From Azolla caroliniana (taxonomy: Eukaryota; Plantae; Polypodiophyta): DNA of 64,000 bases. Shown piece after piece: positions 63,109 to 64,000 of this stretch. The first letter of the stretch is position 1. The number at the start of each line of letters is the position of its first letter. The translations under genes and the position numbers were made by a program. The stretch lies in contig JBHGNT010000015.1 in assembly GCA_043228905.1 (NCBI GenBank), positions 4,216,001 to 4,280,000 on the forward strand, read 5' to 3'. Below the pieces are notes generated by a model. It did not search any database. It saw only the letters and a list, made by a program, of their open reading frames with translations, and had not been told where the DNA came from.

Positions 63109-64000
63109 GAACCTTGGTTAGCATTTTCTTTAGACAGTCATATGCATCCTGGTCAGATATCGTCCATTGAAAAGGCACTTTATGGACGATCGTATGTAAG
63201 GGTGTCACCACATCGGCCAGATACTGAATCATCCGTCTGTGCCATCTTATCTGGCCCAAGAATCAACTGAGGGCTTTGGCATTTGTCGGAGGTGGAGCAT
63301 CCATGATCACCTTTACTTTGATTGGGTCGACTGCGATACCTTCCTGACTGACTATATGCTTGAGTAGTGTACCACTTGTTACACCAAATATGCATTTAGT
63401 AGGATTTAGACCGAGTTGACCTTGTCGACATCGTTCCAAACGTAGTCAGAGATGTTCTAGATGATTGGCTTTGCTGTTGTAGACCGCAAAATCATCCAAA
63501 AATACCTGCATAAATGCTGGTATATAATCTGTAAAAATTTCTTGGATGACTCTCTGAAATGTTGCCGGAGCTATTTTCAAGCCAAATATCATCACTACCG
63601 CCATGAATACTCGTCATTTGGTGACGAACACTGTCTTTTCTTGGTCGTATCCACTAAATCCATCTAGAAAACTATAGATTTCGTAGCTTGCCACCGCATC
63701 TAGAACTCCATCAGTAAATGGTAACGGAAAACCATCTATTACCTTGGCTGCATTTAGTTTTCTGTAATTGACACACACCCTAATTTTTCTGTTTTTCTTG
63801 GGTATGATGACTATTGGACTTAACCAAGTTGCCTTTTTTATCGGACGAATGAAGCCGATCTTGACCAGTTTTTCGATTTCCTCTTTCACTTTAACTGCAT
63901 AATTCGGATTCAGCCTGTATCGACGTTGTTGCATCGGCTTCTCATCTCTATGTAGATTGATTTGATGTTGACAGAAGGCCGGATCGAGCCCCTTCATACC
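63109..64000 (-). pseudogene. RT of the old non-chromovirus Gypsy that hosts the Copia; runs off the window
   Basis: YRLNPNYAVKVKEEI, WLSPIVI, YSFLDGFSGY, GQIRWH; KMLTKVPI joins VQPLNWGKDFHVF at 40919. Confidence 0.88.

Overview
Repeat-rich plant nuclear DNA, probably from a non-seed plant such as a fern (inferred from the retrotransposon types). It contains one host gene: a Dof zinc-finger transcription factor on the minus strand (~26516-28570, probably two exons), set in AT-rich intergenic DNA between two nests of LTR retrotransposons, each four levels deep. The left nest is old Copia > Gypsy-like remnant > Copia > full-length non-chromovirus Ty3/Gypsy element A (253-10380). The right nest is old Athila-like pol > Copia (40920-63103) > Tcn1-like chromovirus (42792-59319) > a Copia-type solo LTR and the apparently intact element B (46514-56692). 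The main finding is that elements A and B, which have largely dissimilar LTRs, have no polypurine tract. In its place, 2 nt before the 3' LTR, both carry a copy of a tRNA-Arg 3' end including CCA, i.e. an inverted second primer-binding site. It is split at the T-loop by a small covarying hairpin, which suggests a second tRNA primes plus-strand synthesis. Both also carry a large non-env coiled-coil ORF downstream of pol. The chromovirus shows Tf1-type self-priming, a -1 frameshift signal and a tRNA-derived A/B-box in its LTR. All comparisons were made by eye and tRNA identities are recalled, not searched.
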